Positions 1-11,880 of a stretch of 64,000 nucleotides of DNA are shown here, one piece after another. The DNA is taken from contig NC_086097.1 in NCBI RefSeq assembly GCF_963921235.1, positions 40,178,001 to 40,242,000 on the forward strand, written 5' to 3'. This DNA comes from Mobula hypostoma. Its lineage: Eukaryota. The position numbers and the translations under genes are program-made. A model generated the notes under the pieces. The model saw only the letters and a program-made list of their open reading frames with translations. It was not told where the DNA came from and did no database searches. Position 1 is the first letter of the stretch. Each line of letters starts with the position of its first letter.

Positions 1-2829
1 GATGAGGTATAATCACAACTAGTGGGATGATTTACAACAGAAAGCAACAAATACTGGACTAAAAGTGTTATACTTGAATGCACGCAACATAAGAAATATA
101 ATGGATGATCTTGAAATTCAGCTACAGACCGGCAAGTATGACGTTGTGGCCATCTCTGAAATTTGGCTACAGGATGGCTGCCATTGGGAGCTGAATGTCC
201 ACGGATATACAGTGCATCGAAAAGATAGGTTAGTAGGCAGAGGGGTTGGTGTTGCCCTGTTTATAAGGAATAATATTACATCATTAGAAAGGGATGACAT
301 AGGATTGGGAGGTGTAGAGTCTCTATGGGTTGAGTTAAGAAATGGCAAGAGTAAAAGGACCCTAATGGCAGTTGTATACAGGCCTCCAAACAGCAGCCAG
401 GATGTGGATTACAAATTACAGCAGGAGATAGAAAAGGTGTGTCAGAAAGGCAATGTCAAGATAATCGTTGGGGATTTTAACATGAAAGTGGATTGGGAAA
501 ACCAGGCCAGCGCTGGACCTCAAGAGAGAGTATTTGTAGAATGTCTCAGGGGTGGCATTTTAGAACAGCTTGTTGTTGAGCTTCCTAGGGGATCGGCTGT
601 GCTGGATTAAGTGTTTTGCAATGATCTGGAGGTGATAAAGAGAGCTTAAGGTTAAGGAACCCTTAGGGATCAGTGATCACAATATGATTGAGTTCACTTT
701 GAAATTTGAGAAGGAGAAACTAAATTCCAATATGTCAATATTCCAGTGGAATAAAGGAAATTACAATAGCATGGGAGGGGAACTGGCCAAAATTGACTAG
801 AAAGATATACTAGCAGGAAGGACAACAGCGCAGCAATGGCTGGAGTTTCTGTGAAAAATGAGGGAAGTGCAAAATAGATATATTCCAAATAAGAAGAAAT
901 TTTCATAGGGAAGAAGGACGCAACAGTGGCTGACAAGTGAAGTCAGAGCCAAAGTAAAAGCAAAAGAGAGGGCATACAAAGAAGTCAAAGATAGTGGGAA
1001 AATAGGGGATTACGAAGCTTTTATAAACTTGCTGAAGGAAGCTAAGAAGGTCATTAGGAAGGAAAAGATGAATTATGAAAGGAAGCTGGTGACTAACATC
1101 AAAGAAGATACTTAAAACTGTTTTAAGTATATCAAGGGTAAAAGAGAGTTGAGGGTAGATATTGGACTAATACAAAATAATGCTAGAGATATTATAATGA
1201 GAGATGCAGAGACAGCGGAGGAACTGAGTGCATATTTTGCATTAGCCTTCACAGTGGAAGACACCTGCAGTATACTGGACATCCAAGAGCATCAGGGAAT
1301 GAAGTATGTGCAGTGAAAATTATGACTGAGAAGGTGCTCAGGAAGCTTTATAGTCTGAGGGTAGATAAATCTCCTGGACCTGATGGAATGCACCCTTGGG
1401 TTCTGAAGAAAGTAGCTGGAGAGATTGCGGAGGCATTAACAATGATCTTTCAAGAATCAATAGATTCTGGCATTGTACCAGATGACTGAAAAATTGCAAA
1501 AACTACTCCACTATTTAAGAAGGATGAGAGGCAGCGGAAAGGAAACTATAGACCTGTTAGCCTGACATCAGTGGTTGGGAAGTTGTTGGAATTGATTGTT
1601 AAAGGATGAGATTATGGAGTACCTGGAGGCACATGACAAGATAGGCCAAGGCCTGAAAGGAAGATCCTGGCTGACTAAACTACTGCAATTTTTTGAGGAA
1701 ATTACAAGCAGGGTAGACGAGCAGTAGATGTGGTGTACTTGGATTTTCAGAAGGCCTTTGACAAGGTGCCGCACATAAGGCTGCTTAGCAAGTTAAGAGC
1801 CCATGCAATTACAGGGAAGTTACCAGCATGGGTGGAGCATTGACTGATTGGCAGAAATCAGAGAGTGGGAATAAAGGGATCCTAGTCTGCCTGACTGCTG
1901 GTTATCAGTGGAGTTCCACAGGGGTCGGTGTTGGGACCGCTGCTTTTTACGATGTACGTCAAAGATTTGGACTATGGAATTAATGGATGTGTGGCTAAAT
2001 TTGCCGATGATACAAAGATAGGTGGAGGAGTGGGTAGTGTTGAGGAAACAGAGAGCCTGCAGAGAGACTTAGATAGTTTAGGGGAATGGGCAAAGAAGTG
2101 GCAAATGAAATGCAATGTTGGAAAGTGAATGGTCATGCACTTTGGTGGAAGAAATAAATGGGCAGATTATTATTTAGATGGGCAAAGAATTAAAAATGCA
2201 GAGATACAAAGGGACTTACCTAAAGGTTAACCTTCAGGTTGAGTCGGTGGTGAAAAAGGCGAATGCAACATTGGCATTCATTTCTAGAGGTATAGAATAT
2301 AAGAGTCGGGATGCGATGTTGAGGCTTTACAAGGCACTCCAGAGACCATACTTGGAGTATTGTGTGCAGTTTTGGGCACCTTATTTTAGAAAGGATATAC
2401 TGACATTGGAGAGGGTTCAGAGAAGATTCACAAGAATGATTCCCGGCATGAAAAGATTACTGTATGAGGAATGTCTGGCAACTCTTGGATTGTATTCCCT
2501 GGAGATCAGGAGAATGAGGGGGATCTCATAGAAACATTTCGAATGTTGAAAGGCCTGAACAGATTAGATATGGCAAAGTTATTTCCCATGATAGGGGAGT
2601 CTAGGACACGAGGGCACGACTTCAGGACTGAAGGACGACCAAGTCATTGGGTGCATTTAAGACAGAGATAGATAGGTTCTTGATTAGCCAGGGCATCAAA
2701 GGGTATGGGGAGAAGGCAGGGGAGTGGGGTGACTGGAAGAATTGGATCAGCACATGATTGAATGGCGGAGCAGACTCGATGGGCCAATTAGCCTACATCT
2801 GCTCCCATATCTTATGGTCCTATGATCTA
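1..2829 (+). mobile_element. CR1 (HER1-like) LINE, decayed ORF2 through 3' tail; runs off the left edge of the window
   Basis: APE endonuclease motifs (YLNARNI, YDVVAISEIWL, VYRPPN, VGDFN) at 65-610; RT motifs (LGPLLF, KFADDTK) at 1928-2128; C-terminal LEYCVQFWAP; ends in CTTATGGTCCTATGATCT. Many stops and frameshifts. Confidence 0.95.
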
Positions 2830-2959
2830 AGAGAGAGGGAAGTTTTCATCCTATTCAAATGAAAATATGAGAATTGATGTTTCAATTGTTACTCTTGAAA
2901 GTGAGGCCACACAGAGTATTAGTGCACAGTTTTATTTCCTTTAACTAAAAAGAGAATAT

Positions 2960-3340
2960 GCTGGAATTGGAAGCATTTAAAAGAGATGCATTGGGTTAAT
3001 TTCAGGGAAGACATGATTGTCCTATTACCAGCAGTCAAAGGAATTAAATCTTTTTTTCTTCAGAATTTAAAAGAATGCAGGGTAATTTTATTGAAGCATA
3101 TAAAAACCTTTGAGGGTATGATAGGGTAGATGTTGAGATGTTTCCAGTCTTAGTAGAATCTAAATGAGGGCTAATAGTTACAAAATTAGGGCACAATCAT
3201 TCAGAAATGAGCTACACAGGAGCTACTTGGAGATGTGGTGAATCTCTGAGATTGTCTACCTCAGGGCTGTGGAAGCTAGAACCATGGATGAACTCAAAGA
3301 GGAGGTAGATAGAGTTTTGAAGGGTTGGTGCGTAAATGGT
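2960..3340 (+). mobile_element. Old CR1 3' fragment
   Basis: Degenerate match to the 3' coding end of the other CR1 copies (AGAATGCAGGGTAATTTTATTGAAGCATATAAAA...GATAGGGTAGATGTTGAG). Confidence 0.65.
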
Positions 3341-3369
3341 CAAATTAAATTAATACAAAACATACAAAC

Positions 3370-3635
3370 AGTAGTTAGTACAATGTAACTACAGCTCAGT
3401 TCAAATCCAGCACCATTCTATAAGGGGTCTCCGTATGTCCTCCCAGTGGAAGGTGTAGGTTTTTCCCAGGTGCTCCAGTTTCCTCCCACAGCCCAAAGAT
3501 GTACTGGGTAGGCTAATGGGCCGTTGTAAATTGTCCCAGGGTTAGGTTAGGGTGAATCAGGGTTGTGGGGTTGCTGGAGCGGCTGAGCATAAAGGGCCGG
3601 AAAGGCTTACTCCATGCTTTGTCACGAAAATAAGA
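3370..3635 (+). mobile_element. tRNA-derived V-SINE (HE1-like) with CR1-type tail
   Basis: B-box-like GTTCAAATCC; V-domain GGTGCTCCAGTTTCCTCCCACAGCCCAAAGATGT; tail GGGCCGGAAAGGCTT resembling the CR1 3' hairpin. Confidence 0.8.
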
Positions 3636-5444
3636 TATAAAGGAAAGGATGAGACATAGAGCAGATCAGCTAAGATCATATTGAATGGCCAGGCAGGCTG
3701 AGTGGCCCACTTTCCTTTGTTCTTAACTGCAGCTTCATCTGAAAGGCTGCTTCTTAGTAAATGCGGCTGGATGCTTTCCATTTTATCAGATTGGATTCAG
3801 TCCATGGGATAATAACATTTATTTCTATATAAACCCCAGTAATTATCTTCAAATGTATAATTAATGATTTTCTAATAATGGAGCCAATTCATACAGCATA
3901 ATTCATAATTCAAATAAATCTGGAGAAAACGTAGAGCTGTGATGAAAGGATGCATTTTATAATTATTACAACTACAATTACAATTTGACAATTATTTTGG
4001 GCTCAACTGCTAACACATTAAAACTACAGTTAAAGGCACCAGTAATTAGAAGTTGCTGGATCAGCTTGAATGTTCATGGAATAAAAAAGTTGCAACAGTA
4101 AGATAATTAATGCAATTAAAAAGGCAAGGTCTAGCAGTTTCCTGACGCGTAGGCATATACACTTTATGAATATCATCGTATTTAATGAGTGGTATCAACA
4201 CATGAACAAGTTATTTTTGTAAACTTTCCGTAGCTCTACTGTTCCAAATCCTAAATAAAACACTTCAATTGAACATCTAATACTTGCAAGCAGCCCTTTT
4301 AGAATACAGCTCCACCATAATTATGGCAGTGACTTACCAGAAGGGCATTTACCTCTTTAGAGCAATGGCCAGTGAAAGTGGGTGAAGCTGCAGCCTATCA
4401 ATGAGCACCTGCATTTTTAAAACTCCTTTGTCCATCTATGCTTTGGTCATTTCCTTGATAAGAGTGCAACTGGGTGAGATCGCCTTCCCGTGAATAAGCA
4501 TTCCAACGTGTTATGAATTCTGCAGCATCTTTGTTGATTTCAATGAAATTCAATAGGGCCAGGCTGAGCTGGAGGTTAATGTGAGTAATCATGACTGGCC
4601 CGGGCAGTACAGCAGATCTCATCCGAATGCACCAATTAAAATGAATACAACTCACGTGCACCAGGTTTGGCTGAGCTGTGGCAATCCTCCAGTCCGTGCA
4701 TTAACCTACAGATTAAACAAAGCAGTCCATTTATCTTACTTTCATTCACCAAAAGAAGCTGTCCACTAAACAGATGTTGCTGAGTTACATAGCTTCACTG
4801 ACGTAGTTTAGTGTTTCATTATACAGGACATAAACATTAGTGAACAACAGCACAGGCTTTTGATCTTGCTTGCTGTTGTATTGTTCATCAAAACTCACAA
4901 ATCTTTGAATTATCTGAAAAATCTATTTACTTTATGATTTCTGGCTATCATTTAGTGGCACACTTCCTCTTTCCCAGGAGCAGTGACATGAAATCTTGAT
5001 TGCTTAATTTAAGCATAAACTGTAACACCCTGCATTTGACGTATTGAGAATCTATTGACGTTAAATTAAGCAACAATCCCATAACCTTGATTGACTCATT
5101 GGCAGCAAATATTGTTCAGGGGCAGCAATTGAGAGAATATACAAGGCTGTGTAGAACCATTCCAGTATATCAGACCTGGGTTCTAGTTTACTGCAGAGCA
5201 GGGTGGGTGATGCAGTAGAATTGAAGTGGAAATGCTTGATCCATTGTGATGGAGCAGCAAGTGATACTTTCATTTCCTTCCTATTGTGTATGACTGTAAC
5301 AACTAGAACATTGTGCCTAATATTGATCATTTTCCTTTATTCATGGCTCCTGCCTAACTCCCTGAATGTTTCTGACATTTTTTCATACTTGTTAGCTGTT
5401 GGATTAAGTATCTATTTTTATGTAAACTGGGGGATGTTCATTCT

Positions 5445-5627
5445 CAATTTCTTTTTGAGTTTGCAGTCTGTCTTCTGTTGCACGTTAGTTGTTTGTCAGT
5501 CTTTGTGGATAGTTTGTCATTAATTTGATTGTACTTCTTTGTTCCATTCTGAGTGCCAGCATGAAAATCAATCTACGTGTATATGGTGATATATACGTGC
5601 CTTGATAATAAATTTAGTTTGAATTTA
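5445..5627 (+). mobile_element. 3' tail fragment of a non-LTR retroelement (Rex1-like)
   Basis: Ends ...TTGATAATAAATTTAGTTTGAATTT, similar to the reverse-complement tails at 10125 and 30630. Confidence 0.55.
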
Positions 5628-7379
5628 CATCAAACTTAAAAATTTTAAAATTAATTGCCACTGGATGTAGTTGTTTACTCATTTCAAATATTGTGATATT
5701 TCTGATATAGTGGAATCATACAAAGAAAATTCCTTTGGTTCACTTGATCCTAACCCCCTTTGTTCCAGTTTCCTGAGCTCTCATTAATGGACCTGTCCTT
5801 TGCTGGAGAGCTGAGAAATGACACAACTCAACAGTGGTGTGAGGTAGTAATGTTCCACAGATGCTGTTTAGGAATTAATTTGCCCTCAGTTGAAGAGGTG
5901 ACTTTTGTGAAATATCACTTGATCTAATTTTTCCTCATCCATGATGTCTACTTTATTCTATCCTTACTTTTCTGGGTTAATTTGGAAAACCTGTGCTTCT
6001 TGGAGATAGGGACATCCCTTAGTACAACAAACTAACTAGCATCCTTTTACTTCAGTTGGTTTGCTAGTGGGTTTTTCTATTCTAAATTGGTCAGATTACA
6101 AAATAAATGGAAAATTCCCGGACTGTACGATCCCTGACAAAACTTTAGGTAAGCATGCCTGACCTGTTGCAAGCAAGGATTTTTCACTCTCTTAGGAGAT
6201 TTTGAGTGCGTATATCTTTTAACGATTTCTTCTGTCCTGGTAATCTCTTGTTACAATGTGGGGTCAGAATACAGTGACTGCTTGGGCATGTGAACAGGTC
6301 GGTGTGCAAACTGGAGCTGACTGAGTATAATTAGACCATCAGTAGTGGCTATGTCAGTTCTGGAGAGGATCATGAAAGTCTGCTCCTAGTTATCTCTCGT
6401 AGCCCAATATATCAAACCCAATACATTGTGCACACATGTTGGAATGAAAAAAGGCTGCTAGACGGGGAGAACTGAAGAGTTAAACATTATTGCACAGGAG
6501 AGCTTTGAAGCATAAAAGCATGAGAACATTTTAAATCACTATCACTTCAGAAGTAGTACTTTGCCACAGGGTGGTTTGATAGCAATATCTGTAGCCTGGC
6601 GTCCTGCAGTTGTCTGTCAATTAATCTTAGCAGGAAATTGTGGTACATTCACATATACATTGTGCTATTCCTTCATTGCTATTGGTGTGGGAAGTATAAC
6701 CTGGAAAGCTTTAGATTAGCTTTCTCTGTTGCATCCAGATAATTAAATCATCCATGCAGCAAATGCTAATCTAAATACAATTCTAAGCTCAACAATAAAC
6801 ACACAAAATATAACATTTTCGCACAATAGAGCTGAACATAATATATTACAACTACTGGAAACTGGAAATAAAATCAGAATCTGCAACAAACATGCAAAGG
6901 TTCCATTAATATTGGGAAGAGGTTGAAATCAGAGTTGGGATATTCGGCAGATGGTTGACATATTCAGTGAGTTTCCAAACTAAGTTACAAAGAAATCTGC
7001 TCATTTGGAATTCCTATTTTAGCAGCACTGAGGGCATGTCATTCCTCTATGTTGCCTCACACCACTCAGTCAGGTCTGCAGAGAGACAGATCTGAGGCTT
7101 GGGGAACCTCAGTTCTGCAATACCATACTGCTGGCGTTACTAAGTTATATCTGGTGTGACCAAATTGACAAATAAAACATCAGTGCCTAGGTATGATTTA
7201 GTAACCTCAGAATTTTGAGTATGATCTTTATGTTATCGCTCGTTTCAGCTTAAAAACAAAAAGTAGTTGAAATATACCATACATCCCCTTGATCTAATTT
7301 GCCATTTCATATGATCTTCGCTGATTCTTAAAGTAAAAATAGTCTGTTCAATTCTGATTTTCCTTAATCAGTCTAAATG

Positions 7380-8537
7380 AATGGGTGGAGGGGCAGGTAG
7401 TGTTGAGGAAGCAAGGTGCTTGTGGAAGGACTAATAGTCTAAGTCTTAGTCAGGTTGGGAGAATGGGCAAAGAAGTAGTAGGTGGACTATAGTGTAGGGA
7501 AGTGCATGGTGTTGCACTTTAGTAGAAGAAATAAAGGTGAGGACTATTTTCTGAATAGGGTGAATATTCAAAAACCATAGGTGCCAAGCGACCCCTGAGT
7601 TCTCATGTAGGGTTCCTTAAAGGTTAACTTGCAGGTTGAATCAGAAGTTAGGAAGGCAAATGCAATGTTAGCATTCATTTTGAAAGGTCTATATACAAAA
7701 ACATGGATGTAATGCTGAGGCTTTATAATGCATTGGTCAGTCTAGAGCTGGGGTATTGTGAGCAGGTTTTCAGAATCAGAATCAGGTTTATTATCACTGG
7801 CATGTATTGTGAAATTTGTTAACCTAGCAGCAGCAGTTCAATGCAATACATAATATAAAAGAAGAAGAAACAAATAATAAAATAATAATAAATAAATAAA
7901 TCAATTACTGTATACGTACATTCAATAGATTAAAACTCATTCAAAAAATAGAAATAATATATATATTAAAAAAGTGAGGTAGTGTTCACCAGTTCAATGT
8001 CCATTTAGGAGTCAGATTTTTGGCCCCTTATCTGAGTAAAGATGTGTTGGTATTGGAGAGGTTCCAGAGGAGATGCACGAGAATAACTCTGGGAATGGAA
8101 GGGTTAATCTATGAGGAGTTTTTGATAGCTCTGGGCTTGTATTAGCTGGAATTTAAAAGAATGAGGAGGGATCTCATTAAAATTTATCAAATATTGAAAG
8201 ATCTGGATAGAGTGGATGTGGACAGGATGTTTCCTATAGTGGGGAGGGGGAGTGTAAGACCAGAGAGCAAAGTCTCAGAGTAGAGGGGCGTCCATTTAGA
8301 ACAGACATGAGAAGGAATTTCTTTAGCCAGAGGGTACTGAAACTAAGGAATTAATTGCTATATACAGCTGTGCAAGCCAAGTTAAAGGGTATATTTAAGG
8401 CAGAGGTTGATAGTTTCTTGTTAATCAAGGTGTCAAAGGATATGGGAAGAAGGCAGAAGAATGGGGTTGAGAGGGATAATAAATCATCCTTTAAGGAATG
8501 ACCTAATTCTACACCCATGTCTTATGGTCTTATGGTC
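7380..8537 (+). mobile_element. 5'-truncated CR1, interrupted at 7770-8017
   Basis: Collinear with the CR1 at 2020-2829; ends in a (CTTATGGT)2 tail. Confidence 0.9.
7770..8017 (-). mobile_element. Rex1/Babar 3' UTR fragment nested in CR1
   Basis: Begins CAGAATCAGAATCAGGTTTATTATCA and matches the 3' UTR of the Rex1 element at 14517-14720; splits the CR1 motif GAGCAGGTTTT/TGGCCCCTTA. Confidence 0.85.
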
Positions 8538-8539
8538 AA

Positions 8540-8750
8540 TTCTACCTTGAATATTCCAAGTAATTAAACAAATACAAACTACAGGGTAGTGAACTCTGAG
8601 CATTCATAATCCAACAAGTGAAGCAATTTCGGCCGACAGTTAGAACAATCTTTTGCCTGGACTAAACAATCTAGTTCTAGATTCTCTAACCACAAGAAGT
8701 AACCTCACTGCCTCAGGTCAGTCAAGCCCTCTCAGAGTCCATATTATTGA
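8540..8750 (-). mobile_element. Very old CR1 3' fragment
   Basis: CTAGTTCTAGATTCTCTAACCACAAGAAGTAACCTC...GTCAAGCCCTCTCAGA resembles minus-strand CR1 3' coding sequence. Confidence 0.5.
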
Positions 8751-8782
8751 GTAATGCATGGATATCTTTATGACTGTATTTT

Positions 8783-9700
8783 ATTAGTCACTCCCTCAGT
8801 GATGAGTTGACTTACTTCCATCCCAGTTCAGTTCATTTGGGGTGGTTGAAGAGACCAATGTGGGAGTCAAGAACTCTAGCACAATGATATGAGCGAGGAA
8901 GTGCTTGATGAAGTGGATGGGTTGGTAGTTTAGGAAGCAATGTGCTCATTCCAATAGTTACATTTTATTTTATTGTGGCGTCAGTGATGGTTACAAAGTC
9001 CTCAATGCCAACCTGAATGCACCTTCTCCATTTTGAGCAGTCATGGGGTAAGTCAGCAGGATGTAATGTTCCATCATGACTGCTTTATTATTCCTCTCCA
9101 TACCATTATCCTGTCTTCTCCCTGTAACCTTTGATGCCCTTACTAATCAAAAATCTATCAACATCTACTTTAAATATACCCAATGACTTGGTCTCTACAG
9201 CAGTCTGTGGCAATGAGTTCCACGGTTTCACCACCTTCTGGTTAACAAAATTCCTCCTCATTTCTAATCTAAAGGTACGTCCCTCTATTCTGAGCCTGTG
9301 CCCCTTTATACAAGGCATTGAGTATATCTTTGAACATTTTCTGCTGCCATCCTGTTAATTCCTTGTTATGATGGAGCTCAGAAAAGTGTGACTGCTCTGC
9401 CCATTGGAGCTGAATGAGTGTAATTAGAGCTTCATTGCTGACTACGTCTGTCTAGGAGAGGATGATGATGTTGACTCATTTATCTTACCGGTGAACTCGG
9501 TTGATTTTGAAGAGACAGTTTTAGTGGCATCTGATGATGTAAATGCCTTGGGAGTAGACAAGAAGACAATCTTCAGTGCTACCTAGAAGACTATTGAGCA
9601 TTTTGCTAATCTGAGGTCTTGGTATTTCTGCGCTCCTTTCTCTAGACAACAAAAATGCCTGCCTTCACTATGCTAACTCTCAACACCAGGAAGTAGCTCA
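8783..9700 (-). mobile_element. Old RTE-clade LINE 3' fragment, interrupted by a CR1 piece
   Basis: Blocks such as GAATGCACCTTCTCCATTTTGAGCAGTCATGGG and CTGCCCATTGGAGCTG (minus strand QLQWA, cf. the RTE LRWAGH motif) follow the RTE ORF C-terminus as I recall it; no intact ORF. Confidence 0.65.
9069..9303 (-). mobile_element. CR1 internal 3' fragment lacking the terminal tail, nested in RTE
   Basis: ORF 9106-9318 GHRLRIEGRTFRLEMRRNF...WNSLPQ is the CR1 ORF2 C-terminus; stops short of the hairpin and microsatellite tail. Confidence 0.9.
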
Positions 9701-10124
9701 TATATCGACCCTGCATTTCTCCTGCAGTTGTTAGCGGTGAAGATTTTGTCTATCGTACCTCCAGATGGGCAGGATCCATACTGTGCTTCATAGTACAAAT
9801 CCTTGGCCTCTTAGAATGAGGCTGCAGAAGACAGCTTGTTGCAATGAAATTTTCTGCAGCACATAATCACTGCATTAAAATTTATTTCCTTTTAAAAACG
9901 TGGCCACAGTGACAGTAGCTTTGAGAACAGGTGGCAGGTGAATTAGAATCAGAATCAGGCAATTTTTGGTCAGTTTGATGTGATGCCAGGACTGGATATA
10001 TTAGTCTGGCTTTATCACCATCTCAGACAGAGACTCTCAGGACTGCTATGGGAAATCCAGATACAAATTACCATCTCAGTTCAAAATAAATTGCTCAGAT
10101 TTCCTTTAATATGGTTGAGGACTT

Positions 10125-11077
10125 TCAAAGATTCAAAGTACATCTATTATCAAAGAATGTATCAATTATACAATGTTGATTTGTTTGCCTACAGGTAGCT
10201 ACAAAGCGAGAAAGCTGAAAGAACCCAATTAGAGAGAAAAAAAATAAAAGACCAACACCCGATGCGCAAGAGAAAGAATAAAACCCCAGCACAGTCCAGA
10301 GTAGGCCCAAAGCCTCGCCTATCAGTTTTTCATATTAGCAGGCACGGAGCACAGCAGCCAGGGTAGTCTTCACAGCCTCAGCGTCATGAAGAGAGAAGTG
10401 ACCATCATGGAGAGAGAGCAAGCGAAACCGGCTCTTGCCTCGGACCCCAACACACTGCCTTTTCAGCTATCCGGGTTGGCGTTTAAATTGACCAAACTCT
10501 GGAACAGTGAAAGGATCCGGTGCCCTGGAGAGAGGAGTGAACATCACGAAGATCAAGTGAGGTTGGCGCACACCTCTGATCTGGGCCGGTGTTTAAATTG
10601 CCAAAACATCAGATCGCACCTCGCACTAGGGCTGCAAAGGGTTTGGGATTAGAACAGGCCACCCAGAGACTTGCTGTGGGCCCAGGTCTTGCTGCCCAGC
10701 CCAAAGCCGCTCTCAGCACACAGAGCCATCCAACCTCGCACGCAGGATAGTTGTACAAGCATCGAATCTCCTCTGCCCTGCCCCCTCAGCTCTGTGCCCA
10801 GAACAATCCAATTTCTTACTCAGGCCAGTTGAACTCCACTGCCCTGACCTCTCCTCTCCGAATGGCTCACTCCATCTGCATCGATTCTGCAACACACTAT
10901 CCCGGTTCCTCTCCTGAACTCACCTCGTCATCGCTCGCCCCCCCTCACTGTTTTCAGCGATAATTTAACACAATTACCTCAGAAAAGGTGTTTTTAGCGA
11001 TGTTCTTATTCAGATTTATTAACTTTTTAACGACCAGTGATCTATCACATGCATTCGGTAGCGCCAAGTTAACCGGG
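10125..11077 (-). mobile_element. Non-autonomous, non-coding retroposon (~950 bp) with a LINE-type tail
   Basis: Minus-strand tail ...TACTTTGAATCTTTGAA similar to that at 30630-31020; GC/CpG-rich body with an internal duplication; minus-strand head CCGGTTAACTTGGCGC; no Pol III boxes or credible ORF. Confidence 0.65.
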
Positions 11078-11769
11078 ATTTTTATGAAATGCTTCTTGTC
11101 GTGAATGCTGTGGCCTTGTAAAGCACTGCTGAGAACTGTTATCCTTAGTTTTCAGCCCTCAGCAGAGCGGGTCCCTGGGTGTTTGACAGTGCTGTAGTAT
11201 TCATCAATGTTGCTTTAGAAGAGAGTGGCTGGATCTTCTCCATTTTTTCTATTCACTATCTGTTCTTTAGAGCACAGAAATGGAATTGGATTTCATGAGT
11301 CTGAAGAACAATTTCCTTCTCTTTGTTAGTGGTGAAGTTTCCAATTCAATGTCCCCTTGCATTCACAGTTAATTAGTTAATCTTGGATTCCTCAGTCATC
11401 TGCATCAAACCTTTAAGCTTCTGGCAGGGAAGCATAAAATCCTTCACAGTTGCTGATCATGATGGACTCTGGACAGACCAGCACTACAGACACTTCACAG
11501 TTCCTGTTGAACACGAGCCATCAGGATGTTAGTGAGGCATGGCAGAGAAGAGTTTGTAGTTTTTGTGACATTTAACATTAATTTTTCTGGCAGCAGTGAT
11601 TATGCTGCAGCTGTTGTTTTGGTGCTAGGCTGATGGGAATAAAAATTGCATTTGGTAGCATTTAGGCTGTCACTGTGAGATGATGTGAACATCTTTACAG
11701 TCTCTCACTCACTAGGTAACATAACCTACTAGGTGCTGGAGCTTGTACTTACCCCGATGATTTTGGCAA

Positions 11770-11880
11770 AAAGAGAAAATGCTGGAAACACTCCGCAGGT
11801 CAGGTAGGATAGAGAGAGAGTCATATCTGTGGAGAAACAGAGTAAATGACTCAGGTTAATGTCTTTTCATCGCAACTGTT
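11770..11880 (-). mobile_element. Old Penelope-like terminal remnant with decayed hammerhead
   Basis: GAAAATGCTGGAAACACTCCGCAGGTCAGG...; minus strand CAGTTGCGATGAAAAGACATTAACCTGAGTCATTTAC. Confidence 0.55.
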
